Shown one piece after another: positions 32,251 to 42,256 of a stretch of 64,000 nucleotides of DNA. Under the pieces are notes generated by a model. It had not been told where the DNA came from and made no database searches. It was given only the letters and a program-made list of their open reading frames with translations. Both the position numbers and the translations under genes were made by a program. This stretch comes from an uncultured Candidatus Saccharibacteria bacterium. GTDB taxonomy: Bacteria > Patescibacteriota > Minisyncoccia > Phycocordibacterales > UBA5272. The stretch's first letter is position 1. Every line of letters begins with the position of its first letter. Where the stretch lies: positions 3,234 through 67,233 of the forward strand of contig CAYXWO010000001.1 in the NCBI GenBank assembly GCA_964468825.1, in the 5' to 3' direction.

Positions 32251-33610
32251 CGAAGACCTTTCCGCTCGCCTCGAGCGCTTTCATGATGGCCGAAATCGCG
32301 ACACTCGTGGATACCAAGATGAGGAGCCTGTTCGTATTCCTGTAAGAGGTGGCAGAATGCAAGGAGGGGTGACAAGAGACAGACGTGAAGATGTTGAAGA
32401 AGATGTAGATTGGCAAAATGAAGAACCGTACAGTCCTAGGATGAGAGATGTTCAATCACGTGTGCGAGCGAGGAGACAGAGACCACGAGCATCGTCAGTG
32501 ATGTTTGGACTGGGCCTGGCAGCTTTCGTCGTAGCGGTTGCTCTCTACACCTACGCTTTCAATAGTGCAACCATTACAGTTGTTCCAAAGTACAAAGATG
32601 TTCAAGATTTTAGTCGCGTCATCACATTTACTAAAGAAGGGGATACAACAAACTCAGTACCGTTCCTTACAGAGACAGTTTCTCTTTCAAAATCAAAAGT
32701 CCTCACTCGTTCTGAATCTCGAAAAGTAGAGACTAAGGCATCTGGCAGGGTGACCATCTATAACAACTTCGACGACGAACCACAGAGACTTATTAAAAAT
32801 ACTCGTTTTGAGTCAGCGACTGGCAAGATATACAGAATTAATGACTCTGTAGTTGTTCCAGGTAAAAGTGGCAGCACACCAGGTGAAGTGGAAGTTACTC
32901 TTTATGCCGACAGTACCGGCGCTGACTACAACATGGCGTCTTCTGACTTTACTATTCCCGGCTTTAAAGGAACCCCTAGGTATGACGGATTCTATGCTAA
33001 GTCTAAGGCTGCGTTTACTGGAGGGTCATCAGGCACTAAGTCGCTCGTCTCGCTTGCTGATATTAACTCAGCAAAAGATTCCCTTGCTCTTGAGTTAGAA
33101 AAAGACATCAAAGAGGAGCTTAAGAAGATAGTGAAAGAAGGTTATGTAACCATGGTTGATGCGACACAGGTCGTTTATGAGGACAACCAGGAAGAGCTAT
33201 CTAATGGCGATGGTGATATGTATAAGGTGACAGCAACTGGGTATGTGATGTTGGCACAGTCTTCTCGATTGGCTGAGACGATTGCTTCATCGGTAGTCGG
33301 GTATGATAAGGCGCCAGTACGACTCGGGTATGCGGAGACGTTAAGTTTTGTGAGGAGGGATTCTTCCCCAGTTGTTAACGCAACGTCACTCCCGTTACTT
33401 GTCGAAGGTATCCCTAGGGTTATTTGGGTTGTAGATAAAGAGGCAATCAGAACAATGGTTACAGGGAAAGACACAGACGAGTTCAAAACCCTCATGAAGT
33501 CGATTCTTTCAATTGAAAGCGCAGAGATTCGCTTCTCTCCTATGTGGCTCTCTCGTTTTCCAAGTGATGTAGAAAAGGTCTCAGTAGAAGAATCTCTTCC
33601 TAAACGTTGA
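32210..33610 (+). CDS. hypothetical membrane-anchored protein (466 aa)
   Basis: Arg/Asp-rich cytoplasmic N-terminus, one TM helix, large extracytoplasmic domain. Confidence 0.45.
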   Translation: MQDIRKPYTRSRSSEDLSARLERFHDGRNRDTRGYQDEEPVRIPVRGGRMQGGVTRDRREDVEEDVDWQNEEPYSPRMRDVQSRVRARRQRPRASSVMFGLGLAAFVVAVALYTYAFNSATITVVPKYKDVQDFSRVITFTKEGDTTNSVPFLTETVSLSKSKVLTRSESRKVETKASGRVTIYNNFDDEPQRLIKNTRFESATGKIYRINDSVVVPGKSGSTPGEVEVTLYADSTGADYNMASSDFTIPGFKGTPRYDGFYAKSKAAFTGGSSGTKSLVSLADINSAKDSLALELEKDIKEELKKIVKEGYVTMVDATQVVYEDNQEELSNGDGDMYKVTATGYVMLAQSSRLAETIASSVVGYDKAPVRLGYAETLSFVRRDSSPVVNATSLPLLVEGIPRVIWVVDKEAIRTMVTGKDTDEFKTLMKSILSIESAEIRFSPMWLSRFPSDVEKVSVEESLPKR

Positions 33611-33651
33611 TTTTGAAGGATAATTTTGCTACACTCTTAGTCTTGCCTTAT

Positions 33652-33879
33652 ATGGATGAAAAAGAAAACCAAGAAGATGAAATCGAGACCATTGAAGGGC
33701 GCGTCATAGAGGCGCTCCCAAGCACTCTCTTTAGGATTGAAACATCCAAGGGCCAAAGCCTTATATCATATCTAGGTGGACGTATGCGTGTTCACAAGAT
33801 TAAGGTTCTCGTAGGAGATAGGGTAGTAGTACAGGTTGACCCTTACGGAGGAAAAGGGAGAATCATTAAGAGGTTATAA
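33652..33879 (+). CDS. infA: translation initiation factor IF-1
   Basis: S1-like 'GRMRVHKIKVLVGDRVVVQVDPYGGKGRII'. Confidence 0.8.
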   Translation: MDEKENQEDEIETIEGRVIEALPSTLFRIETSKGQSLISYLGGRMRVHKIKVLVGDRVVVQVDPYGGKGRIIKRL

Positions 33880-34025
33880 ATAGTTAGGAGGTAGCAGTTG
33901 TGAGTTAGGAGATGAATACTCTAAAGAATTCTAGAGTTTAGTTCTAACCCTTAACTGTTAGCTCCTAACCCTGACAATGTTTGCATTATTTATCAAGTTA
34001 TAGTATAATTGGACCCATATTTTTC

Positions 34026-34139
34026 ATGAAAGTACGATCATCAGTAAAGAAGATTTGCTCAAGTTGCCAAATGCTCAAACGCGGTGGCGTCCTTCGTGTT
34101 ATTTGTAGTAATCCTAAGCACAAGCAAGCCCAAGGGTAA
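34026..34139 (+). CDS. rpmJ: 50S ribosomal protein L36
   Basis: By-eye translation [37 protein letters not shown]. Not in the track (<60 aa). Confidence 0.8.
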   Translation: MKVRSSVKKICSSCQMLKRGGVLRVICSNPKHKQAQG

Positions 34140-34172
34140 GTTTTAGTTTAATCATATTCGAAATCATTATTT

Positions 34173-34553
34173 ATGCGTATCTCAGGTATTACACTCCCAG
34201 AAAACAAAAGACTAGAAATAGCTCTTACTGCTGTGTTTGGTGTTGGACGTTCTCGAGCTATGAAGATTATCGAGAAGCTAGCACTTGACCCAGGAATGAA
34301 GACTACAGAGCTCACAGGAGACCAGGAGAACCTTATCCGTCGCGAAATTGAATCTTTCAAGACCGAAGGTGACCTACGTCGCGATGTTCAGCAGAACATC
34401 AAGCGTCTTAAGGATATCAAGAGTTACCGTGGAACTCGCCACGTGAAGCATCTTCCTGCTCGTGGACAGAGGACAAAAACTAACAGCCGTACAGTCCGTG
34501 GTAACAAGCGTGTCACTATGGGAAGCGGTCGTCGTAAGGTTGAGAAGACCTAA
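34173..34553 (+). CDS. rpsM: 30S ribosomal protein S13
   Basis: Conserved S13 N-terminus MRISGI.LP.NK. Confidence 0.9.
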   Translation: MRISGITLPENKRLEIALTAVFGVGRSRAMKIIEKLALDPGMKTTELTGDQENLIRREIESFKTEGDLRRDVQQNIKRLKDIKSYRGTRHVKHLPARGQRTKTNSRTVRGNKRVTMGSGRRKVEKT

Positions 34554-34577
34554 AATATAATTTAGTAATATACACCT

Positions 34578-35012
34578 ATGGGAAAGAAACGTATTGTAAA
34601 AAAGAATAGCTCTGGTGTTGATAGCGCGCTTAAGGCTCGCTCACTCGCTAAGGCAGTAAAGAAGAAGATTGTTGAAGGTACTCTCTTTGTTGAGTCATCT
34701 TACAACAACACTCGTCTATCTCTATGTGACAAGACAGGTAATGTTTTGGCATGGTCATCATCCGGCGCTCTTGGATTCAAGGGGGCTAAGAAGGGTACAC
34801 CTTTTGCTGCTTCTAAGATCGGTGAGTTGATCGGAGAGAAGGCTCAGCAGATCGGAGTAAAGGAAGTTAACGTTATCGTTAAGGGAGTTGGTTCAGGAAG
34901 AGAGTCAGCTATCAGAGCTTTCTCTGCGTTTGGTGTTGAGATAATGTCTATCGTAGACAAGACACCAGTTCCTCACAATGGACCTAAGCCTCGTAAGCCA
35001 CGTCACGTCTAG
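34578..35012 (+). CDS. rpsK: 30S ribosomal protein S11
   Basis: S11 family sequence. Confidence 0.9.
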   Translation: MGKKRIVKKNSSGVDSALKARSLAKAVKKKIVEGTLFVESSYNNTRLSLCDKTGNVLAWSSSGALGFKGAKKGTPFAASKIGELIGEKAQQIGVKEVNVIVKGVGSGRESAIRAFSAFGVEIMSIVDKTPVPHNGPKPRKPRHV

Positions 35013-35031
35013 TAATTATTTAATAAACAGT

Positions 35032-35652
35032 ATGCCAAGAATAACTTGTAAAATTTGCCGAAGACTAGGAGAAAGCGTTTGTGGACGTGAGAAGTGTGCT
35101 TATAAGAAGCGCCCATATGCTCCCGGAAAGCTCGACAGCGAAAGAAAGCACCGCTCTAACGTTTCTGAATACGGTGAACAGCTCCGCGCTAAGCAAAAGA
35201 TGAGACATACATACGGTCTTACTGAAAAGCAGTTCGAGAAGTACGTAAAGCTCGCAACAAAAGCTCATGAAACAGGAGAAGGGTCAGCTACACCTGCGCT
35301 TAAGCTCTACAGAGAACTAGAATCTCGTCTAGATAACATCGCTTTCCGTTCTGGTTTCGCTAACACAAGAGCGCTTGCTCGTCAGATTGTTTCTCATGGT
35401 CATGTGACTGTGAATGGTCGTAGGATAACAGTTGCTTCTCACCAGGTGAGTATTGGAGATGTCGTAGCTATCCGTGAGGGTAGTAAGACTAGTAAACTCT
35501 TTACTACTCTTGAAGAGAGGTTGACCTCAGCTGCGCCAACATACACATTCGCAGCTAACCCTAAGGCATTATCAATTGAAGTTAAGGAGACACCTAGAGA
35601 AGTTGAGCCAATATTCGACACTCAGAAGGTACTCGAATATTACTCTCGCTAA
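35032..35652 (+). CDS. rpsD: 30S ribosomal protein S4
   Basis: Zn-ribbon N-terminus CKICRRLG..CGREKC and S4 domain. Start at the internal ATG. Confidence 0.85.
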   Translation: MPRITCKICRRLGESVCGREKCAYKKRPYAPGKLDSERKHRSNVSEYGEQLRAKQKMRHTYGLTEKQFEKYVKLATKAHETGEGSATPALKLYRELESRLDNIAFRSGFANTRALARQIVSHGHVTVNGRRITVASHQVSIGDVVAIREGSKTSKLFTTLEERLTSAAPTYTFAANPKALSIEVKETPREVEPIFDTQKVLEYYSR

Positions 35653-35798
35653 GGTTTTTGCTTGAAGTGTAAGCGTTTTCCACTAGCATACACTTGCACT
35701 TTTCGCAAATCTGGGTTAGAATAATACAACTTTGTTCCAAAAGTGCAAAGTGCGCGTCACTTATCAAGCTTAAATACTAGTCTAACTTTTTATTCTAT

Positions 35799-36758
35799 AT
35801 GTCTTCACATTCTATCATTTTGCCATCAAAGCCGAAGATCATTAAAGAGGATGCTGCGTTTGGTGTCTACGAAATCGATGGTCTTTACCCTGGGTATGGA
35901 CATACATTAGGTAATTCACTACGTCGTATCATCTTGTCATCTATCCCTGGAGCGTCTATTACTGCGCTTTCAATAGACGGTGTAAAGCACGAGTTCTCTA
36001 CAATTGATGGAATTAAAGAAGATGTGATCTCTATCATTCTTAATCTAAAGAAGACACGTTTTAAGCTACACGGAGACGACGCACAGAAGGCTACTCTTCA
36101 TATCAAGGGTGCTAAGACAATTACAGCTAAAGATATCTCACTTCCTTCACAGTTAGAAGTGATGAACACCGATCAGTATATTTGTGAGTCGACTACTAAG
36201 GATCTTGATATAGCTATTGAGATTACAGTAGAGAAGGGTCTTGGATATGTCCCTCGTGAGATTCTCCAGAAGGAGAAGGCAGACATTGGAACTATTTTCC
36301 TCGACGCCTCATTTACACCAATTCGTCGCGCTTCATACGAAGTAGAGAATATGCGTGTAGGTGACAGAACTGATCACAATAGACTACGAGTGACTATCGA
36401 GACTGATGGAACTATCTCTCCACATGACGCTCTTGAGTCATCTATTCAGACCATGATTACACAGCTACAGTCTATCGTTGGATTCCGTGAGACTGTAATT
36501 GATTATCCTAAGGATGTAACTGAAGCTCCGGTTGCGCAGATAAGTGAAGACGACACAGATGCTTCTAAGGTGAAGATTGAAGACCTTGGGCTCTCTACTC
36601 GTACAGAAAACGCTCTCGTGTCAGCAGGTGTTCGTACAGCTGGTGGCCTTGCTCGCAAGACACAGGAAGACCTATTGGCAGTTGACGGTCTCGGAGAAAA
36701 GGGGATTTCTGAAATCAAGAAGGCACTAGGAGATCTAGGACTAGAGCTTAAAGCTTAA
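35799..36758 (+). CDS. rpoA: DNA-directed RNA polymerase subunit alpha
   Basis: NTD and CTD of RpoA. Confidence 0.9.
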   Translation: MSSHSIILPSKPKIIKEDAAFGVYEIDGLYPGYGHTLGNSLRRIILSSIPGASITALSIDGVKHEFSTIDGIKEDVISIILNLKKTRFKLHGDDAQKATLHIKGAKTITAKDISLPSQLEVMNTDQYICESTTKDLDIAIEITVEKGLGYVPREILQKEKADIGTIFLDASFTPIRRASYEVENMRVGDRTDHNRLRVTIETDGTISPHDALESSIQTMITQLQSIVGFRETVIDYPKDVTEAPVAQISEDDTDASKVKIEDLGLSTRTENALVSAGVRTAGGLARKTQEDLLAVDGLGEKGISEIKKALGDLGLELKA

Positions 36759-36793
36759 GTATCATTAATAAGGAAGAAATTAGTTAACGGCGT

Positions 36794-37147
36794 ATGAAAC
36801 ATCACAATGCAAAGAGAAAATTCGGAAGAGAGAAGAACGAGCGTAAGGCGTTTATTCGTTCACTCATGATTAACCTTATCAGACACGGTTCAATCGAAAC
36901 TACTTTAGCTCGCGCTAAGGAAATTAGACCGCTTGTCGAGAAGCTTGTCACTCTTTCTAAAGAAGACACTGTTACACGTCGTCGTTTAATTATGTCTCGT
37001 CTTCTTAATCAGGACATTGAAGTAGGGAAGCTCTTTTCAGAGTACGCGCCGAAGTATAAGGAAGTTAACGGGGGTTACTTGAGAATTCTCAAGCTTCACA
37101 CCCGCCTTTCTGACGGTGCTGAGAAGGCTGTAATAGAATTCGTTTAA
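36794..37147 (+). CDS. rplQ: 50S ribosomal protein L17
   Basis: L17 family sequence. Confidence 0.9.
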   Translation: MKHHNAKRKFGREKNERKAFIRSLMINLIRHGSIETTLARAKEIRPLVEKLVTLSKEDTVTRRRLIMSRLLNQDIEVGKLFSEYAPKYKEVNGGYLRILKLHTRLSDGAEKAVIEFV

Positions 37148-37165
37148 TAAAATAATAACTATCGT

Positions 37166-37513
37166 ATGAAGAATCACGTAATTGACGCAACAGGAAAGCC
37201 ATTAGGAAGACTCGCTTCAGAAGTAGCTGCTCTTCTTAATGCAAAAGATAGTGTTACTTTTGTTAAGAATGTTGCAGCTCCTATGACAGTCACTGTAGAG
37301 AATGCTAGTAAGGTGAAGGTAACAGGTAACAAAATGAATGAAAGTGTACATAAGTCATATTCTGGTTACCCAGGAGGTCTTAAGGAGCGTCCACTTAAGT
37401 ATGTGGTAGAGAATAAGGGTTATAGCGAGCTCATCAAGCACGCTGTTATGGGCATGCTTCCAAAGAACAGACTTCAGGATGTTCGCATCAAAAATTTAAT
37501 TATTAAAGACTAA
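37166..37513 (+). CDS. rplM: 50S ribosomal protein L13
   Basis: L13 family sequence. Confidence 0.85.
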   Translation: MKNHVIDATGKPLGRLASEVAALLNAKDSVTFVKNVAAPMTVTVENASKVKVTGNKMNESVHKSYSGYPGGLKERPLKYVVENKGYSELIKHAVMGMLPKNRLQDVRIKNLIIKD

Positions 37514-37523
37514 CTAAAGGACT

Positions 37524-37931
37524 ATGTCAGTAGATACAAAGAATCGTTATATAGAAGCAGTAGGACGCCGCAAGACTGCGACTGCAAGAGTTCGTGTTAC
37601 TCCTTCAACTAAGCCGTCATTTACTGTAAATGATAAGGATGTCAAAGAGTACTTCGTAACAAGTGATCTACAGTCAATTGCGCAAGAGGCTATCTCAAAG
37701 TCAGAGATTGGTGAGAAGTTCCAGGTAACTGTGCAGGTTGTTGGGGGTGGTATCCACGCTCAAGCGGAGGCTGTACGTCACGGACTCTCACGAACTCTTG
37801 TTCTTCGTGATGAACAGGTTAAGAATGTTCTTAAGAAGCTTGGTTTTCTAAAGCGTGACCCTCGTCAGGTTGAACGTAAGAAGTTCGGACTTAAGAAGGC
37901 TCGTAAGGCTCCAACTTGGTCAAAGCGTTAA
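37524..37931 (+). CDS. rpsI: 30S ribosomal protein S9
   Basis: C-terminus ...KKARKAPTWSKR. Confidence 0.9.
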   Translation: MSVDTKNRYIEAVGRRKTATARVRVTPSTKPSFTVNDKDVKEYFVTSDLQSIAQEAISKSEIGEKFQVTVQVVGGGIHAQAEAVRHGLSRTLVLRDEQVKNVLKKLGFLKRDPRQVERKKFGLKKARKAPTWSKR

Positions 37932-37955
37932 TCCGTCTTCCCTTTTTTACAATGC

Positions 37956-37985
37956 AAAAAGCTCCCTCTTGGGAGCTTTTTGTTT
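37956..37985. terminator. bidirectional terminator AAAAAGCTCCC-tctt-GGGAGCTTTTT
   Basis: Perfect hairpin between convergent rpsI and pyk. Confidence 0.6.
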
Positions 37986-38018
37986 AGCTGCTACTGCTGG
38001 CGACATCAAGAGAATTTA

Positions 38019-39074
38019 TCAACTGGTGTGTATTCCAAAGAGCGCGTACTTACTTTTGTTTTCTGTATACTCATGTATAGCTTGGTCAAGTGTAGTGACA
38101 GCCTCTACTGGGTGTTTACCAATAGTTGTTTCATCGGACAACATGAGAAATGTTGCACCATCAACTAAAGCCTCTATAGCATCGGTCATTTCTGCACGGG
38201 TTGGGATGGGTGACTCTTTCATGGAGGTTAGTATTTGTGTTGCAACAATCACAGGAGTATCCTTGCTTTTTGCTACGAGACAGAGTTCCTTTTGTGTTAA
38301 TGGTATTTTAACAGCAGGTATTTCAACACCCAAATCTCCACGCGCAAACATGACTATGTCAGATACTTCCAGGATGGTGTCTATGTTATGGAGGGCTAGC
38401 TTTGTCTCAATTTTAGAAATTATTTTCGCCTGAGACCCTAGCTCATCTAAGATTCTTCTAAGGGCAAGTATGTCCTCTTTTGTTCTTACAAAAGAAAGAG
38501 CAACAGCATCTACTTGCATGGAAGAGAGACAACCTTTCAGGTCTGTCATATCTTTTTCGGTTATTGTGTCTATAGGTATGAGGGCATCAGGAATATTAAC
38601 ACCCTTATGTCCCTCTAGCACCCCGCCTCGCACCACTTCACAGAGAGCACCATCGTCTTTTACCTCAAGGACGTTAAGTTCCATCTCTCCATCGTGAAGG
38701 AAGATAGACATGGAAGGCAATAGGTATTTGTGTATTTGCGGAACGTCAATTGCAAGAGACTCTTTAGTGCAAAGCATAGATTCACTTTTTATAAACACCT
38801 GTTCTCCCTTAATCAAGTCGAGTGATTCATTTTCAACTGCACAGACACGCATTTTTGGGCCCCTCAGGTCGATAAAAAAATTGATGTGCTTGTTCATCTC
38901 TTTGGCGACGGTGAGAATCCTTGCCTGCCTATTTTTATGCTCTTCATGGTTACCATGGCTCATATTAAATCGAAACCAAGACACATTCATAGAAATCAGT
39001 TGTTGCAGAGTTTCCTCGTTATCTAAGCTTGGTCCTGCTGTCACTATGATTGAGGGGGTTGTAAGTATGCTCAT
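38019..39074 (-). CDS. pyk: pyruvate kinase (barrel domain only, no C-terminal regulatory domain)
   Basis: 'FRFNMSHGNHEEH', 'IDLRGPKMR', 'MFARGDLGVEIP'. Confidence 0.75.
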   Translation of the reverse strand: MSILTTPSIIVTAGPSLDNEETLQQLISMNVSWFRFNMSHGNHEEHKNRQARILTVAKEMNKHINFFIDLRGPKMRVCAVENESLDLIKGEQVFIKSESMLCTKESLAIDVPQIHKYLLPSMSIFLHDGEMELNVLEVKDDGALCEVVRGGVLEGHKGVNIPDALIPIDTITEKDMTDLKGCLSSMQVDAVALSFVRTKEDILALRRILDELGSQAKIISKIETKLALHNIDTILEVSDIVMFARGDLGVEIPAVKIPLTQKELCLVAKSKDTPVIVATQILTSMKESPIPTRAEMTDAIEALVDGATFLMLSDETTIGKHPVEAVTTLDQAIHEYTENKSKYALFGIHTS

Positions 39075-39091
39075 ACTATATATGTGTCTGA

Positions 39092-40747
39092 CTAAAAATG
39101 TGTATCAAAATATACAGAAGGTGTTTCTTTCGTTTCTTTGTGAAGACACTTACCTTCCTCATCTATATCGTAGATAATCACACCCCCGAACATCATCTCG
39201 ACGTTTTGTATCTCATCGTCATTAATACTTTCTATATACTTTATAAGAGCGCGAAGTGCGTTTCCATGTGAGACGACAAGAATGTTTTCTCCAAGTTTCA
39301 GACGAGGGAGGATCTCGTTAACATAGTAAGGAACTATCCTTTCGTATACGTTACGTAATGTTTCTCCGTTTGGTATTGCGACATCCCAACCTCTTCGTGT
39401 CTGTTCGAAAAGTTCTTCACCAAGAATATCTTTCATTTCATGTTTGTTTTTACCCGTATAGTCGCCGTAATCACGCTCGTTTAGTGCCGCATCCCTTGTT
39501 ATTGGTACAACAGGCTGCTGTATTGTGCCAAGAATGGATGACAGCGTCTCCATGGTTCTAATTTGAAGGGATGCATAGGCTCTGTGAATTGTCATAGATC
39601 GAATAGCTTCCCCTAAGAGTCTTGCATCTTCAAAACCTTTCAGACTGAGCTTCGCATCTCTCGTTCCAGTCCAGATACCTTTCTCATTCCACTCAGATTC
39701 TGTGTGCCGCACTAGAAGAAGTTTACCTGTTGACACACTTGCTGCATGGGCTTCGTTCACGGTAACTCCTCCCAAGAAAGAAACTATATTTTCTCTGGTT
39801 GTGGCGTTAATTCTTTCTACTGCTTCCTTAGTATTATACGCAATATGTGGTGTCAAAATAACTCGCGGATGAGCTAGCAGTGAATTTATGAAGAATGATT
39901 CTTCAAGAAGTTGATGGGGTTCCCGGTAAGTGACGTCAGTAATTTTGCAGCGCTCTTTAAGTAGTCCTTCACCTTCAACGACATCCAATGCGCACGCTGC
40001 TACTTTGTTAGTATCAAGCGCAACGATAAGTGCTTTAGTATCAATCAGTTCGCCGCGCGCAGTGTTAATAATATAAACACCGGTCTTCATGAGAGAGAAC
40101 ATTTCGTTCCCAAGAAGGTGGTGATTCTCTTTTGTGAGTGGACTATGGAGAGTGATAACATCTGATCTCTTACAAAGTTCCTCCAGTGTTGTGTACTGGA
40201 ATCCGATAGTTACAGCAGCTTCTCTGTCTTCATGTGGATCAAAAGCGATGACGTCCATCCCGAACCCTTTGGCAATTTCTATTACATGTTTACCAATTTT
40301 CCCCGTACCAATTACTCCCAGTGTCTTTTTGTTAAGGTCTATGCCTCGTATCATCGAAGGTTCCACACAGACATTCTCTTTCACTGATTTTATAGTTTCT
40401 GGGATCATTCTACTAAGGCTAAGTAAGAGCGAAAAAGCATACTCAGCAACAGTGTGTTCGCCGTAACTAGGAACAACTACTACCGGAATGCCGCGTTCTT
40501 TTGCTCTTGTCATGTCCACGTTATTAAACCCAGCTGACCTGCAACTGATGAGCTTGAGTGAGGGCATCTTCTCTATGAAGCTTCCAGGAAGATTACTCGA
40601 GACAAAGATAGATACTATATCTGCATCCTGATGTAGATTATTTTCGTTAATTGATTCTGAATAAAAAGTGCATTCATGGTTTTCTAAAGAAGGGAGGAGG
40701 TGCTCTTTGTCGCCTTCATGTATATCGTAAAAATAGATTTTTGCCAT
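39092..40747 (-). CDS. fusion protein: D-isomer-specific 2-hydroxyacid dehydrogenase (N) + 2,3-BPG-dependent phosphoglycerate mutase GpmA (C)
   Basis: N-terminal NAD-binding 'GVIGTGKIGKHV'. C-terminal 'LLLVRHTESEWNEKGIWTGTRD...NERDYGDYTG...RRGWDVAIP' aligns closely with E. coli GpmA. Confidence 0.7.
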   Translation of the reverse strand: MAKIYFYDIHEGDKEHLLPSLENHECTFYSESINENNLHQDADIVSIFVSSNLPGSFIEKMPSLKLISCRSAGFNNVDMTRAKERGIPVVVVPSYGEHTVAEYAFSLLLSLSRMIPETIKSVKENVCVEPSMIRGIDLNKKTLGVIGTGKIGKHVIEIAKGFGMDVIAFDPHEDREAAVTIGFQYTTLEELCKRSDVITLHSPLTKENHHLLGNEMFSLMKTGVYIINTARGELIDTKALIVALDTNKVAACALDVVEGEGLLKERCKITDVTYREPHQLLEESFFINSLLAHPRVILTPHIAYNTKEAVERINATTRENIVSFLGGVTVNEAHAASVSTGKLLLVRHTESEWNEKGIWTGTRDAKLSLKGFEDARLLGEAIRSMTIHRAYASLQIRTMETLSSILGTIQQPVVPITRDAALNERDYGDYTGKNKHEMKDILGEELFEQTRRGWDVAIPNGETLRNVYERIVPYYVNEILPRLKLGENILVVSHGNALRALIKYIESINDDEIQNVEMMFGGVIIYDIDEEGKCLHKETKETPSVYFDTHF

Positions 40748-40811
40748 ATGTATCTTTGTAGTGTAACACTTTTTTATAAAGGCTTTGAGGATATCTGTTA
40801 TACTTTCTTAC

Positions 40812-42086
40812 ATGAAGATACAGCGTCTTACGCCCCGCATGATATTAGATTCTCGAGGCTACCCCACAGTTGAAGTCGATTGTGTTTTAGAGAACGGATG
40901 CCTTGGTAGGGCAAGCGTCCCCTCAGGAGCATCCACCGGTTCCCATGAGGCAGTGGAGCTGCGTGATGGTGAGCGGGAATACAACGGTAACGGTATGAAA
41001 AAGGTTATCACTAACATACAGGGGCCAATTACAAGACTACTGGTCGGCAAAGATATCGTTTCTCAGAGAGATTTAGACTCGCTTCTCATAAAGTTGGATG
41101 GCACTGAAAACAAGGCGAATCTAGGCGCAAACGCGATGCTTGCTGTATCACTCGCGTATGCCAAGGCGTGTGCTCTTGATAAAAAGGTGCCGCTGTACAA
41201 GCATTTACGTGAGATATATGTTTGGTCAAAAGAGCCAAGGGTTCCAGTGCCACTTATTAATGTTTTGAATGGAGGAAAGCATGCGAGCTCCTCAACGGAT
41301 ATTCAAGAGTGGATGATTGTTCCACTTAGAGCCAAGTCTTTTGCTCAAGCATTAGAGCAATCAGCAGAGGTTTTTTACGCATTAAGAGACATTATGAAAA
41401 AAAGAGGGTCTTCTGCAGTTGGCGATGAAGGGGGGTTCCCTATTTCAAACGTCACATCTAATCGCGACGCTCTCACTATTTTGACAGAGGCGGTCAGTAA
41501 GACTGATCTTGTTTTAGGAGAGGATATTGGATTTGCTCTAGACGTTGCTGCTAGTGAGTTCTACTCTGACGGAGTTTATTCTTTACAAAGAGACCAAAAG
41601 TCACTTTCTGAGAGAGAGATGATCTTGTATCTACAAGAGCTCGTCCGTGACTACCCAATTGTCTCTATCGAAGATGGGTTATCTGAAGATGCTTGGGGTG
41701 GTTGGCAAGAGTTAACCAAAGTTCTAGGCGGAGCCATCCAGCTTGTAGGTGACGACCTCTTCGTTACCAATACACACTATATACAAAGAGGTGGGGACGA
41801 AGGTGTTGCAAACGCAGTTCTTATTAAACCAAATCAAATAGGAACCCTCTCAGAAACTGTTGACGCAATAGAGTTAGCACATAAACTAGGGAAGCGGGCG
41901 ATTGTGTCTCATCGGTCAGGTGAGACAGAAGATACAACTATCGCGCATCTCGCTGTCGCCTCTGGGTGTGGACAGATTAAGACTGGGTCACTTTCTCGTT
42001 CAGAAAGACTGACAAAATATAATGAGCTTATAAGGATTACCGAGGATGGGGTTCCTTATGCCTCAAAAATAGCCTATAAAAAATAG
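40812..42086 (+). CDS. eno: enolase
   Basis: 'ILDSRGYPTVEVD' and 'SHRSGETED' motifs. Confidence 0.9.
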   Translation: MKIQRLTPRMILDSRGYPTVEVDCVLENGCLGRASVPSGASTGSHEAVELRDGEREYNGNGMKKVITNIQGPITRLLVGKDIVSQRDLDSLLIKLDGTENKANLGANAMLAVSLAYAKACALDKKVPLYKHLREIYVWSKEPRVPVPLINVLNGGKHASSSTDIQEWMIVPLRAKSFAQALEQSAEVFYALRDIMKKRGSSAVGDEGGFPISNVTSNRDALTILTEAVSKTDLVLGEDIGFALDVAASEFYSDGVYSLQRDQKSLSEREMILYLQELVRDYPIVSIEDGLSEDAWGGWQELTKVLGGAIQLVGDDLFVTNTHYIQRGGDEGVANAVLIKPNQIGTLSETVDAIELAHKLGKRAIVSHRSGETEDTTIAHLAVASGCGQIKTGSLSRSERLTKYNELIRITEDGVPYASKIAYKK

Positions 42087-42111
42087 GCTTATTTTGGCTT
42101 ATCAAAGCCAC

Positions 42112-42139
42112 TTGACATATTGCTCAGTCTAGATTATAA
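42112..42139 (+). promoter_or_regulatory. promoter TTGACA-16-TATAAA upstream of grpE-dnaK-dnaJ
   Basis: Near-consensus hexamers. No CIRCE, HAIR or CtsR box recognisable nearby. Confidence 0.4.
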
Positions 42140-42256
42140 AAATATGGTACGATAGGTATTCCAGGCAATACAGATTACGACAGAAATACTGAAATGATAC
42201 AAGAAATAGATAATAATTATTGAAGTAAGAATAGTATTTAGTTTCTTTTACAACCT

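Noticed and set aside
37855-39177. Plus-strand ORFs 37855..38433, 37980..38168, 38470..38697, 38710..39177
   Set aside because: All are antisense to the well-supported pyruvate kinase gene and have low-complexity or hydrophobic composition, so they are shadow ORFs.
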